DNA from: an uncultured delta proteobacterium
GTDB taxonomy: Bacteria; Desulfobacterota; RBG-13-43-22
Length of the DNA: 64,000 bases
Direction of reading: 5' to 3'
NCBI GenBank assembly: GCA_963790475.1
Contig: CAWBOS010000012.1
Span: 1,216,001 to 1,280,000 of the forward strand
In this document: in pieces, positions 8,575 to 18,003 of the stretch
How positions within the stretch are numbered: the stretch's first letter is position 1
Layout: every line of letters starts with the position of its first letter
Notes under the pieces: generated by a model
The model's database searches: none
The model's input: the letters and a program-made list of their open reading frames with translations, nothing else
What the model was told of the DNA's origin: nothing
Translations under genes and position numbers: made by a program

Positions 8575-8723
8575 GGCCAACAAGTTATTCTAATGTTTTT
8601 CTGTATATCTTCCCAGCCCACAGGATCACGAACCTATTAAATTTGATTTATCTGTCAGGCTGACAGTGATTTTTTATTATACCACTCTAAATTTATTATA
8701 AATAATTAAAAATATCCTGACAG
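8575..8723 (-). promoter_or_regulatory. attI-like site, LexA-box-like 16-mer and Pc-like promoter, copy A (array head)
   Basis: TTAGAAT-AACTT-GTTGGCC; CTGTATATCTTCCCAG at 8601-8616; TGGTATAAT at 8676-8684 pointing into the array. Confidence 0.7.
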
Positions 8724-8750
8724 ATCCTTTTTCGATATCTATTGATTTCA

Positions 8751-8782
8751 CTGTATATCTTGTCATTTTACAGGATATACAG
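8751..8782. repeat. Inverted repeat CTGTATATCTTGT / ACAGGATATACAG
   Basis: 13-bp arms with one mismatch; CTGTATATCT also present at 8601-8610. Confidence 0.75.
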
Positions 8783-8926
8783 AAACACGGATAATCATCA
8801 TCATGCCATATATTAAATGCCCGGCCCACGCGCCGGCAGGAAAGCCAGGATGAGCCGTTTATGGGCCAGGATTAGGCGCTATGGGTTCAATCAGATTCAT
8901 TTTTGAATTGGACCTTAAGAAAGAAA

Positions 8927-8969
8927 GGGCGGTCCTTATGCTAACCCAATTTGGTTAAAAGAACCGCCC
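8927..8969. terminator. Long hairpin downstream of serC, possible terminator
   Basis: GGGCGGT...TAACC...GGTTA...ACCGCCC. Confidence 0.4.
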
Positions 8970-9053
8970 CGTTGTCTCCGGTTTTGTAAATGGTTTTGCT
9001 GTAATACTTTAGGTTTTTGAAGATTAGGCCTTTTCAAGACAACATTAGAGTCA

Positions 9054-9130
9054 AAATCCCCCTCAATCCCCCTTTTTCTAAGGGGGAAGTCTTTCTCCTT
9101 CCTTTGAAAAAGGGAGGTCGGGAGGGATTT
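9054..9130. repeat. Palindromic REP/MITE-like repeat
   Basis: AAATCCCCCTCAATCCCCCTT...AAGGGGGA...AAGGGAGGTCGGGAGGGATTT; terminal inverted repeats and internal hairpins. Confidence 0.65.
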
Positions 9131-9175
9131 ATGAATATTTTTTCAAACAGCTAAATTAATACTTTTTGCCTTGTT

Positions 9176-10303
9176 TTACAAGGCCGCCGCCTTTTCCTGA
9201 TAGACTTTTTCCAGTTCCGCCAGTGCTGTTTTCACATCCGCCGCTTCGATGGTCGGACCGCACCAGAAACGAAATCCCGGAGGGGCGTCCCTGTAAGACC
9301 CTATATCGTGGGCAGAGTTTTTTCGGCTCATTTCGTTCACGATGCTTTTGATGAATTTGGTTTGGTCCTCTTTGGCAAGGGCTGTAAACTTTTCCGAGGT
9401 CACATTCAAACAAACGGAGGTGTTGGAGCGGATCTCGACCGATTCTGCCAGAAAGGCTATCCAGTCGGTTTTTTCCACCCAATCTTCGATCACTCTCAGA
9501 TTGGCCTTGCTTCGGTCGATAAGCCCGCGAAGCCCTATTCCTCCTGCCCACTTGAGGGCATCGAGATAATCTTCTACGCAAATCATGGAAGTGGTATTGA
9601 TAACCTCGCCGATAAAGATGGCCTGGTTAATGGTATCGCCCTTTTTCATGCGGAAAAGCTTGGGCATGGGCCAGGGCGGATCATAAGACTCAAGGCGTTT
9701 GACCGCCCTGGGACTTAAGGCCAGCATGCCGTGGGCGGCTTCCCCACCGAGGCACTTCTGCCAGGAAAAGGTCAAAACATCAATTTTCGCCCAGTCGATA
9801 TCCATAGCGAAGGCCGCGCTGGTGGCGTCACAGAGGGATAACCCCTGACGATCGGCGGGAATCCATTCCCAATTAGGGATCTTGACGCCGCTGGTAGTGC
9901 CGTTAGCAACATAAACAACATCGTTGGACCAGTCTACGGATTTCAAGTCGGGAATTTTTCCATAATCCGCTTTCTTGATAGTCGGATTAAGTTTCAATTG
10001 TTTGGAGATGTCCGTCGCCCAGCCTTGGCTGAAGCTTTCCCACACCAAAACCGTTACTGGCCTGGGACCGAGCAGACTCCACATGGCGGCTTCAAAAGCT
10101 CCGGTATCTGAGGCAGGCATGATGCCCAGCAAATAATCTTCAGGCATTTCCAGAATTCTTTTGCTTTCATTAATGGCCTTGGCCAGCTTTTCCTTTCCCA
10201 AGGCGGAGCGATGAGATCGGCCTGTCAGGGCATCCTTTAAGCCGTCAAGGGTCCATCCGGGCCTTTTGCTGCAAGGGCCGGAGCTGAAATTTGGATTGTG
10301 CAT
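9176..10303 (-). CDS. serC: Phosphoserine aminotransferase (Methanosarcina-type)
   Basis: [53 protein letters not shown]. Confidence 0.93.
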   Translation of the reverse strand: MHNPNFSSGPCSKRPGWTLDGLKDALTGRSHRSALGKEKLAKAINESKRILEMPEDYLLGIMPASDTGAFEAAMWSLLGPRPVTVLVWESFSQGWATDISKQLKLNPTIKKADYGKIPDLKSVDWSNDVVYVANGTTSGVKIPNWEWIPADRQGLSLCDATSAAFAMDIDWAKIDVLTFSWQKCLGGEAAHGMLALSPRAVKRLESYDPPWPMPKLFRMKKGDTINQAIFIGEVINTTSMICVEDYLDALKWAGGIGLRGLIDRSKANLRVIEDWVEKTDWIAFLAESVEIRSNTSVCLNVTSEKFTALAKEDQTKFIKSIVNEMSRKNSAHDIGSYRDAPPGFRFWCGPTIEAADVKTALAELEKVYQEKAAAL

Positions 10304-10663
10304 AAATTCTTCCTTTCCTTTTTTTAACTTGGTGATTTCTCTTCCGGTAAAATAGAAGATATTTTGATTGGATTATGTCTTCGGGGTCTCCTCGGATAAT
10401 TTCTTTTCGATTCCCGGACTTGGAAGTTTTTCCTTTGATAGGAGACCTGTAAACTTTTTTTATGCCACATTTTCCAATAATTGTGAAGTGATTTTTAACT
10501 ATCAAGGGTGGATACACCTTATCCCGCGGCCTCTCCAAAACTAATCTTCCATGTCATTGAAAATAGGCAATAAGGATTTCCCTGCGTTTTCTCTTGAAAC
10601 TGTAAGCAATATCATTCAATTTCCAAAATTCTCCGAAACAACCCATTAATAATTATATTAATA

Positions 10664-10704
10664 AATCAATGTGTTGTTTAGAATTATTTGGTATATGCCT
10701 TGCT
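10664..10704 (+). promoter_or_regulatory. Sigma-54 promoter with upstream IHF site
   Basis: TGGTATATGCCTTGCT (GG-N10-GC) at 10689-10704; AATCAATGTGTTG (WATCAANNNNTTR) at 10664-10676. Confidence 0.7.
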
Positions 10705-10800
10705 GAATCAATAGATAAAGGGATTCAGAAACAACAGGCGGGAGGAGTCCTGAAACCTTTTTAGAGGGGAAAAACGACGGGAAAAAAGCTCAGAAGGATT

Positions 10801-11061
10801 TTGTACATCGATCCAGGCGGGAAAGTCATGTATATCCTGATCCGAGGAGGGGTAATGATAAAATCGATGCTCTCTTTGGAAACCACCCTGTCAATCCTGA
10901 CAAAACAGAATTTTGATTTACTCCTCACCAACCCCCTGAATATGACCATCCTGAACCCTCAGGAATCAATCCAGAATAGGGTCATGGATGTCTTAAGGGT
11001 ATTGACCTGTTCCAAAAAAGACTCTTTTGGACCCTTTGATTCTCAAACTGCAACGGCTTGA
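10801..11061 (+). CDS. Small hypothetical protein, degenerate receiver-like; start uncertain
   Basis: ILYID...LSILTKQNFDLLL resembles a receiver N-half; lies downstream of the sigma-54 promoter. Confidence 0.4.
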   Translation: MYIDPGGKVMYILIRGGVMIKSMLSLETTLSILTKQNFDLLLTNPLNMTILNPQESIQNRVMDVLRVLTCSKKDSFGPFDSQTATA

Positions 11062-11157
11062 ATATCCATTCTTTATTTTGCCAAAACCCAGTAATGTCTT
11101 CTCCATACGGGGAGGGCAATATTATAGAGTCGGGATTTTGAAACTGCTGAGGATTCG

Positions 11158-11790
11158 TTATTGAACACTAACGATAGAAATGACCGGGTTCATCATGTAG
11201 CGGTTACTTCCGGTTTGGTGGATAGACTTATCACCGTCTAAGTCCAGTAAAATACTTTTTACCCCTCCAGCTGCCAGATCGAATTCCCGGTTCAGCTTTA
11301 TTTCCCCCGATGATATTTCCAGGGGGGCATTCGCTCCCATGGGAGTGTCAATGAAAGAACCACAGGACGAACCGCCCGCAGTATTGTCAAAATAAAGAGC
11401 ACTTTGGGTGACCACTAATCGAATCTGAGTATAATGGCCCGCCGGAAGGAGAGCGGTTCCCAGGACGTCATTCGCCCCCCCGACCAGTTTCTTGAGGTCG
11501 CAGGTGCGTGAGTTTCCTGTCGTAAAGGGGACCGTAACCCAGCCGTTGGTGGTGTGATGGACTTGTACTTCGGAAAAGGTCACCAGAACCGCCTTGGCCT
11601 CGTTGAAGGGGCTGTCGGTCAGGTTGACAGTCAGGGTTCCGGTGGTCCCGCCTCCTCCTGAACTGGTGGTGCCTCCACCGCCGCCGGAGCAAGCGCATAA
11701 TCCGGAGAGTGATAAAACAAGCATCCCCAGCCCGATTAGATAAAAGAATTTCTTTAAATCCATTTTCATCTCATAAAAAGATTTCGCCAC
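11158..11790 (-). CDS. DUF4382-family lipoprotein
   Basis: Lipobox-like LCAC, Gly linker, GTLTVNLTDSP...AVLVTFSEV...GHYTQIRL...LDLDGDKSI...MNPVI. Confidence 0.85.
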   Translation of the reverse strand: MAKSFYEMKMDLKKFFYLIGLGMLVLSLSGLCACSGGGGGTTSSGGGGTTGTLTVNLTDSPFNEAKAVLVTFSEVQVHHTTNGWVTVPFTTGNSRTCDLKKLVGGANDVLGTALLPAGHYTQIRLVVTQSALYFDNTAGGSSCGSFIDTPMGANAPLEISSGEIKLNREFDLAAGGVKSILLDLDGDKSIHQTGSNRYMMNPVISIVSVQ

Positions 11791-11836
11791 AATCCTTGTT
11801 AAGGCATACCTCTTCCTTAATTATTTAGTTGATTTA

Positions 11837-12514
11837 GAAACCCCCGCCCTAAGGGCGGGGTCATGTGGACTGGCTATGCCGGTCCCGAATGGGCTTGGCT
11901 GAAAGCCCACCCACTGCTATTTTTTCCATCGAGTTGTTGCCGCAACATCGAAAGAAAGGAGATAGCAGTGAGTAGATTCCGAAAATTATCACATACCATA
12001 TGGCATTGTCAGTATCATATTGTCTGGGTTCCGAAATATCGCTATCAGATATTGGCTGGGAACATCGGGGAAACGATGGCCAGCGGGATCCAAGCGATTT
12101 GCGGGTATGCGGGTTGTGAAGTTAACGAGTTGAATGTTCAAAAGGATCATATTCATCTGGTAGCCATGGTTCCGCCCAAAGTATCGATATCGGACTTGAT
12201 GGGGCGGGTCAAGGGTCAGACATCGATGAAAATGTTTAACCAGTATCGGCAGTTGCGGAAGAAGCCGTATTGGGGTAATCATTTTTGGACCCCGGGGTAT
12301 TGTGTGGATACCGTTGGAATGGATGAGGAACTGATCCGGAAGTATGTCCGGTATCAAGAGGAAAAAGAAAAACAGTTCGAACAATTGCACTTGAATTTGT
12401 AGATCATCCATAACGCGGCACAACTCGGAAGCCCTGCCTCCTCAGGGGGCAGGGCCATTGCCCCCCTATGGGGGGCCCAGTTAAAGCCACGCCCTATGGG
12501 CGTGGATTATTTAC
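11837..12514 (+). mobile_element. IS200/IS605-family element (tnpA only); ends approximate
   Basis: Left hairpin CCCCGCCCTAAGGGCGGGG; right hairpins GCCCCCTATGGGGGC and CCACGCCCTATGGGCGTGG flanking tnpA. Confidence 0.85.
11968..12402 (+). CDS. tnpA: IS200-family Y1 (HUH) transposase
   Basis: YHIVWVPKYR, DHIHL, FWTPGYCVDTVG, IRKYVRYQ; AAGGAG RBS before GTG at 11968. Confidence 0.95.
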   Translation: MSRFRKLSHTIWHCQYHIVWVPKYRYQILAGNIGETMASGIQAICGYAGCEVNELNVQKDHIHLVAMVPPKVSISDLMGRVKGQTSMKMFNQYRQLRKKPYWGNHFWTPGYCVDTVGMDEELIRKYVRYQEEKEKQFEQLHLNL

Positions 12515-12530
12515 TGCATATCTGGTGCCA
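12515..12530 (-). promoter_or_regulatory. Sigma-54 promoter abutting the IS right end
   Basis: Minus strand TGGCACCAGATATGCA (GG-N10-GC); AT-rich tract and TGTAGGGAAAACCAGACA candidate enhancer upstream. Confidence 0.7.
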
Positions 12531-12695
12531 ATATCTAAACGCATAATTTATTAATTATATTTACTTGTTATAATTAGACTTGAAAAAGACAAATTCATCT
12601 ACTGTAGGGAAAACCAGACAAGAAATAGAGGAAAAACAAAAAAATCGATTTCGACTAAAAATTATCACTCCAAATTTACAGGTGTTCCCTTCGGT

Positions 12696-13079
12696 CTATT
12701 TCAGCCACCGGATGAATTCTAGCACATTATGGTCAGGATCGCTAATATAAATCCATTTCTCCTCCCCGGCGATTTCCAGCGGACCTTTAACGACCGGGAT
12801 ATGATGGTCCTCAATCAACTTGAGGGTCTGAGACATATCATCGCTGGTGAGTGCCAGATGCGGGCAATACGGCGGTTTGATCGTCGGCCTGGTAAAGGGT
12901 TCTCCGCCCAGCCGCTGAATCAATTCCAAGTTTCCTCCGGTTAACTCCAGAAAGGCATATTCCTCTTGTTCTTCCGTGTTCACCTCCCGGAAGATGAGCC
13001 GCAACCCTAAGACCTGGGTGTAGAACCTGATGGACTGATCCATATCGGAGACCTCAAAAGCCATATGATCGTTTTTCAC
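12696..13079 (-). CDS. VOC/glyoxalase family protein
   Basis: DHMAFEVSDMDQSIRFY, LELI, HLAL, DPDHNVLEF. Confidence 0.9.
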   Translation of the reverse strand: MKNDHMAFEVSDMDQSIRFYTQVLGLRLIFREVNTEEQEEYAFLELTGGNLELIQRLGGEPFTRPTIKPPYCPHLALTSDDMSQTLKLIEDHHIPVVKGPLEIAGEEKWIYISDPDHNVLEFIRWLK

Positions 13080-13256
13080 AATTGATGTCCTTTATCTCCA
13101 CAGAATAGGCGACTGATCCCTGCCTGATTCTTACATTAGATTATTTGAGAGTCTATCTCTATCATTTTATACCAGACCCTCTATGACCATCCTAAGATTT
13201 CGAATAGCATTTTTTACCTTTTATTCCCTAATTTATTGAATCGGGTTGGTACGGGG

Positions 13257-14528
13257 TTATGTGGCCAAGTCTTCCGCTCTTATCCATTCCAGTATGCGTT
13301 TGGCTACCTCTTCGCCGGCGTCTTCCTGAATCATATGACCAGCTTTCTGTATAATTTCAATCGACCCGGCGTTCTTAAATATCCCGGCCAGATAAGGGCC
13401 ATTGGGTTTGGTCACCTCATCTTTTTCTCCCCACAGGAGCTTGACCGGTATATCCAGGGACTTCAATCGCTCGATGGCTTTACGGTTATCATAGGAGCCG
13501 GGTTGATCGGGCCTGATCGGCACCAGTCGTGGAAAAAGAAGGGCACAGGTCTGGTAGTCTCTTGAAGGAAACGGCGCTTGGTAGGCGGTAGCCTCGGCAT
13601 CGGTGAGAGCCCTGTTTACGGCAATACGCATCATCTGATCCACCGGCATTTCTTTCATCCGCTGGGAAGCCCTGAGCCAGTTGTTGAAGGCCTCATGGGA
13701 TTTCACTCCGGGGGTTATACCCGTATTCATGGCTACAAGCCGTTTGAAGCGTTCCGGCTTCTCAGAAAGCACCCTCATCCCGATCATCCCGCCCCAATCT
13801 TGGGCAACCAGGGTTATGTTCTTCAGGTCCAGGGTCTCGATGAATTTCTTCATCCATCGGACATGAGATTTGTAGGAATAGGCGTTCACCTGGGCAGGCT
13901 TATCGGACCGGCCGAATCCGATCAGGTCCGGAACGATGACCCGTCCCGCTTCAGCCAGGACCGGGATCATGTGTCGATAAAGGAAACCCCAGGTCGGTTC
14001 CCCGTGCTGCATCCAGATCGGATCACCCGAACCCGCCTCCACATAGGCCAAACGAAGGCCTTCGATCTCCACATATTTCGGTTCATAGGGAAAATCAGGC
14101 AGATTGGCAAAGCGTTCTTCGGCGGTGCGCAAGACCGAACCTTCCGGCCAATCCAGAATCTTCGGCATGTCCCGGTGACGAACCAGTTTTTCAACAGTCA
14201 CCGCTTCAATACCCTCGGAAAACTCGGCCATCCAAAGCAAAAAATCGAGAAGGTCGTTATTGATCTCGTGTTCCGGGGGCCGGGGTTCCCAGCGATCCCA
14301 ATACCCGTAGATCGTGGCCATAGAGGGGCGGCTGCGGCCAAGGTCCGCCAACTCCAGGCTGTACAAGTAATCATGCTTCGATTGCCAGTAAATTTTCCCG
14401 GCACGCAGGCCCAAGGCCTTCTCCAAAGCCTCGGCCATATCGGGTCGCACATCCAGTTCCTGCTCCCACAAGAGGGGATCGGGGCGGAGATGTTCCAGTT
14501 CTTTCGGATCGGGTTTTATGAATTCCAT
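13257..14528 (-). CDS. Haloalkane dehalogenase-family hydrolase with ~130-aa N-terminal extension
   Basis: LRTAEERFANLPDFPY, HGEPTWGFLYR, PDLIGFGRSDKP, QDWGG, GHMIQED. Confidence 0.88.
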   Translation of the reverse strand: MEFIKPDPKELEHLRPDPLLWEQELDVRPDMAEALEKALGLRAGKIYWQSKHDYLYSLELADLGRSRPSMATIYGYWDRWEPRPPEHEINNDLLDFLLWMAEFSEGIEAVTVEKLVRHRDMPKILDWPEGSVLRTAEERFANLPDFPYEPKYVEIEGLRLAYVEAGSGDPIWMQHGEPTWGFLYRHMIPVLAEAGRVIVPDLIGFGRSDKPAQVNAYSYKSHVRWMKKFIETLDLKNITLVAQDWGGMIGMRVLSEKPERFKRLVAMNTGITPGVKSHEAFNNWLRASQRMKEMPVDQMMRIAVNRALTDAEATAYQAPFPSRDYQTCALLFPRLVPIRPDQPGSYDNRKAIERLKSLDIPVKLLWGEKDEVTKPNGPYLAGIFKNAGSIEIIQKAGHMIQEDAGEEVAKRILEWIRAEDLAT

Positions 14529-14549
14529 TTCAATATATCCTCTCCGGCC

Positions 14550-15461
14550 TTAAGCCTTTTTCTGTTTATCCAGAAAACGGACGATTTCTCGGGCCAGATC
14601 AGGTCCGCGATCATCCTGCAGGAAATGGGCGGCGCGATCGAACTCAATCGGCCCTTCGGCTTGGGGCAACAGCTTTTTCAAATGGTGGGCATAGCTGATA
14701 TCGAACACATTGTCGCCGGGTGCCCACAGCAGCAGGGTTGGAATATCCTTCAGTTCTCCCAGACGATCTTCAATGAGCTGCATGTCCGCCCAACCGCGAT
14801 CCCCTTTCTTCAGGGGAATCGTCCGCGGCCAGGTCAAAACCACATGATCTGAATCCGGTTCCTCAAAAACGTGGTGATAAGCCCGGGCTTCATCTTCGGT
14901 CATTCCCCTTTGAGAGACTGCCGATGGTCCGCGCATAGACAGGACCTTCATTTTTTTATGAAAAAATTGACCGAACAGCGGGGCATGCCAGGTAGTCCAG
15001 GGCCAGGGAGATTGATGAAATCGCCCGATATAACTGGTGTAACACCAGGTATTCATCAGCACCATGGCTTTTAAACGATATACCCTGGTCAAAGCCGCTC
15101 CTACCCCCTGAGGTCCGCCCCAATCCTGACCCACGATGACAAAGTCACGCAAGTCGAGTTGATCGATGAGCGACACGAGATCGGCGATGTGGTGGGCCAA
15201 AGTCAGGGCCGCATCGTGACGCGGGTGATCCGAATACCCCGCGCCCACCCAATCCGGGGCAATGGCCCGGTATCCGGAATCGACCAATACCGGGATAAAA
15301 TCCCGGTATAAAAAACCCCAGGTTGGATTTCCGGAAAGCAGAAGCACCGGAACACGATCTTCATCGCCTTCATCGACATAGGCCATGGCCCGGCCGTTTA
15401 CCTGGAGAGCTTTTTGTTCCCAGGGAAAAATCTTCTTGAGCCAATCAGGTTTTGTGCGCAA
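14550..15461 (-). CDS. Alpha/beta hydrolase, haloalkane dehalogenase-like
   Basis: MAYVDEG, GNPTWGFLYR, QDWGGP, AAHFLQDD. Confidence 0.88.
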   Translation of the reverse strand: MRTKPDWLKKIFPWEQKALQVNGRAMAYVDEGDEDRVPVLLLSGNPTWGFLYRDFIPVLVDSGYRAIAPDWVGAGYSDHPRHDAALTLAHHIADLVSLIDQLDLRDFVIVGQDWGGPQGVGAALTRVYRLKAMVLMNTWCYTSYIGRFHQSPWPWTTWHAPLFGQFFHKKMKVLSMRGPSAVSQRGMTEDEARAYHHVFEEPDSDHVVLTWPRTIPLKKGDRGWADMQLIEDRLGELKDIPTLLLWAPGDNVFDISYAHHLKKLLPQAEGPIEFDRAAHFLQDDRGPDLAREIVRFLDKQKKA

Positions 15462-15803
15462 TATCTTCCCCTCCTTTATCTTGATCCTGCAAAAGTCGTG
15501 GCTTCACGATCATCCCTCTCATCCAAAATCCGGGATTAAGTGATTAATAAGAATCGGCGGTATTCACCCACCCACGCGGTCGTTTTTTACAGAGTATCAA
15601 AAAGTTTCTCAAAATACAACTAACCATCAACGACCTATTGTGTCTTGACCCATACCTCATTCTTTTTAATATTTATTGATTAACTCCAGCAAAATTGTTA
15701 AATTATTATATTAGATCATCTGAGAATTTATCTCTAACATTTTGGGCAAGACTCCCTATGACCTCCCAATATTTCAAGTAGGTTTTGATAGGTTTATCAG
15801 ACG

Positions 15804-16790
15804 ATGAATACCGTGCCTCAAGAGAAAGGCGGCGAAGAGAAGGGAACCCGTGCCGGAATAAGCCTAAGGTTCGCGCCGATTCTATTTTTTCTTTGCCTTA
15901 TCTTTAATCATTTTTCCCCCCCTGCGGGATTCTGCATGAATGAGGGCCAAATGGTTGATCGTATAGCTTGGCCGTCCGAGATAGGCGGCTGGATATGGGA
16001 CAAAGAAGCAAAGGCGTTTGACCGAAAGACCCTCTTCAATCATATCGACGGCGCGGCTGAAGTCTACCTCGCCTATAACTTTCAGCAGGCCTCCGTTCGC
16101 CGATACATAAAGACCGGCCAAGCGGATATCGTAGCCGAGGTTTACATAATGGGGTCCTCCGAGGATGCCTTTGGGGTTTTTTCCTTAGAGCGTCAAGATC
16201 CGGAGGTTGGTATCGGTCAGGGATCGGAGTTCGGCGGCGGCCTACTGAGATTCTGGAAAGGGAGATATTTTGTGTCCGTCCTTGCCGAAGGAGAAGGAAA
16301 AGAAATAGAGGCGGCGGTTCTCAGCTTCGGACGCCAGCTGGAGTCCTCGATTAAAGAGACCGGTCAGCCACCAAGGATCCTCCGCTATTTGCCGGAGCTT
16401 CCGTCACTTCCCTCCTATGATAAGCTTTGTTTTGTGCACAGCCCCATTCTTCTAAACCGCTGTTTCTTCCTTTCTCATGACAATATTCTCAAACTCGGCA
16501 GCGATGTTCAGGCGGTTCTCGCCCGTTATCCCCGGGGCAATAACAAGATACGTGTGCTTATCGTCGGCTATCCTTCAGAGGCCAGTGCCCGTTCGGCTTT
16601 GGAAAGTTTCAAATCCGCCTATATGCCGGAGGCCGGGCAAAATAATTCCGTCCGGACAGAAGACAACACCTGGACAAAAATAGAACATTACCGGAAGTTT
16701 GTCGTCGTCGTATTCGGGACAGAGCTTCAATCCGACGCCGAACAACTGGTACAATTCACAGTTGCCAAAATAAAGGAGGAAGGCTCATGA
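15804..16790 (+). CDS. Exported protein, DUF6599-like
   Basis: TLFNHIDGAAEVYLAY...EVYIMGSSEDAFGVFS...FWKGRYFV. Confidence 0.7.
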   Translation: MNTVPQEKGGEEKGTRAGISLRFAPILFFLCLIFNHFSPPAGFCMNEGQMVDRIAWPSEIGGWIWDKEAKAFDRKTLFNHIDGAAEVYLAYNFQQASVRRYIKTGQADIVAEVYIMGSSEDAFGVFSLERQDPEVGIGQGSEFGGGLLRFWKGRYFVSVLAEGEGKEIEAAVLSFGRQLESSIKETGQPPRILRYLPELPSLPSYDKLCFVHSPILLNRCFFLSHDNILKLGSDVQAVLARYPRGNNKIRVLIVGYPSEASARSALESFKSAYMPEAGQNNSVRTEDNTWTKIEHYRKFVVVVFGTELQSDAEQLVQFTVAKIKEEGS

Positions 16791-17680
16791 AACAAGGAAT
16801 CACAGTGACCCGTCGCGATTTTTTGAAGGGGACCGCCGGCCTGGTCATGACCATGGGTCTTGGAGCGTCAATCCCATCCGAAGCAAAGCCGGAGGGTAGG
16901 GCAAGGGTTGTCCTCATCAGGCACCGGAAGGTGCTGGGCTCAGACGGCAAGATAGATGCGAATATTCTGCAATCCATGCTTGATGAGGCCGTCCAAACGC
17001 TCCTTAATGAGAAAGAGCCCTTGAAGGCCTGGCAGAGGCTGTTCAAGAAGTCGGATATCGTCGGTATTAAGAGCAATTCCTGGCGATACCTGCCCACGCC
17101 GGTGGAGATGGAGCAGGCCATTCGGAGCCGGCTGCTCAATATTGGCATTCCTGAGGGTTCGCTGGCGGTCGATGACCGGGGGGTGCTCAACAATCCGGTA
17201 TTCCAGAAATCGACCGCGCTCTTAAACGTGCGCCCGGTGAGATCGCACCACTGGGCCGGTGTCGGGACTTGCCTTAAGAATTACATCATGTTTGTTCCCA
17301 CACCCTCGGCCTATCACGGGGATGCCTGTTCCGATCTGGGAAAAATCTGGACCTTCCCCTTGGTCAAAGATAAGACCCGCTTGAATATCCTCGTGGCCCT
17401 GACTCCCCAATTCTATGGGAGGGGCTCCAATTCTTTTGACCGACGCTACCTCTGGTCTTACAACGGGTTGATCGTAGGCCTTGATCCCGTTTCCGTTTCA
17501 GCCGTTGGGGCAGAGCTCCTCCGGTTGAAGAGAATCGCCTTCTTTGGTGAAGATCGTGACCTGGATGTCCAGCCTGTTCACATTGCTGTGGCCGACAAGA
17601 AATATCACCTTGGTATAAGTGATTTGAACCGCATCGAGATTATCAAGCTCGGGTGGATGGACCAGGTGTTATTGGCTTGA
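16787..17680 (+). CDS. DUF362-family Fe-S protein with Tat signal
   Basis: TRRDFLK; VGIKSN; RSHHWAGVGTCLKN; DPVSV; ATGA overlap with the upstream gene. Confidence 0.8.
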   Translation: MKQGITVTRRDFLKGTAGLVMTMGLGASIPSEAKPEGRARVVLIRHRKVLGSDGKIDANILQSMLDEAVQTLLNEKEPLKAWQRLFKKSDIVGIKSNSWRYLPTPVEMEQAIRSRLLNIGIPEGSLAVDDRGVLNNPVFQKSTALLNVRPVRSHHWAGVGTCLKNYIMFVPTPSAYHGDACSDLGKIWTFPLVKDKTRLNILVALTPQFYGRGSNSFDRRYLWSYNGLIVGLDPVSVSAVGAELLRLKRIAFFGEDRDLDVQPVHIAVADKKYHLGISDLNRIEIIKLGWMDQVLLA

Positions 17681-18003
17681 GGGAGAATGCCGCCTGAAAT
17701 CTTTGATCGGACCCTTTTATAAAGAGACAGGGACTCAATCGATAATCTACGAAAGGGATTTAAACTTATTGACTTTCCGACAATTAAAGGGTAGGAATTT
17801 CGTAGCAATCTAACCAAGCTTTCTTGTTGGCAACCTTTATCCGAAGGAAGTGTCGATGGAAGAAGATTAAACCCCATTTCTCAAAAGAGAGGTGGGGTTT
17901 TATATTTTTAGGAAAAGAAGGGATTATTTTCAAAAAGGTTGGGCCTTTTTCTTGTCTTAATCTCGTTCCGGCAAAAATCAACTTATATCAAAAGGAGGAT
18001 ACA

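Noticed and set aside
8600-9170. Expected integron integrase next to the attI-like site
   Set aside because: No ORF of suitable size and no R-H-R-Y tyrosine recombinase motifs here or elsewhere in the window.
13578-14852. 424-aa plus-strand ORF
   Set aside because: Antisense shadow of two well-supported hydrolase genes with no motifs; the same applies to most short overlapping ORFs in the track.
17824-18003. N-terminal extension of the acyl-CoA ligase ORF
   Set aside because: A strong RBS and family-typical start at GTG 18004; the upstream part is AT-rich promoter sequence.
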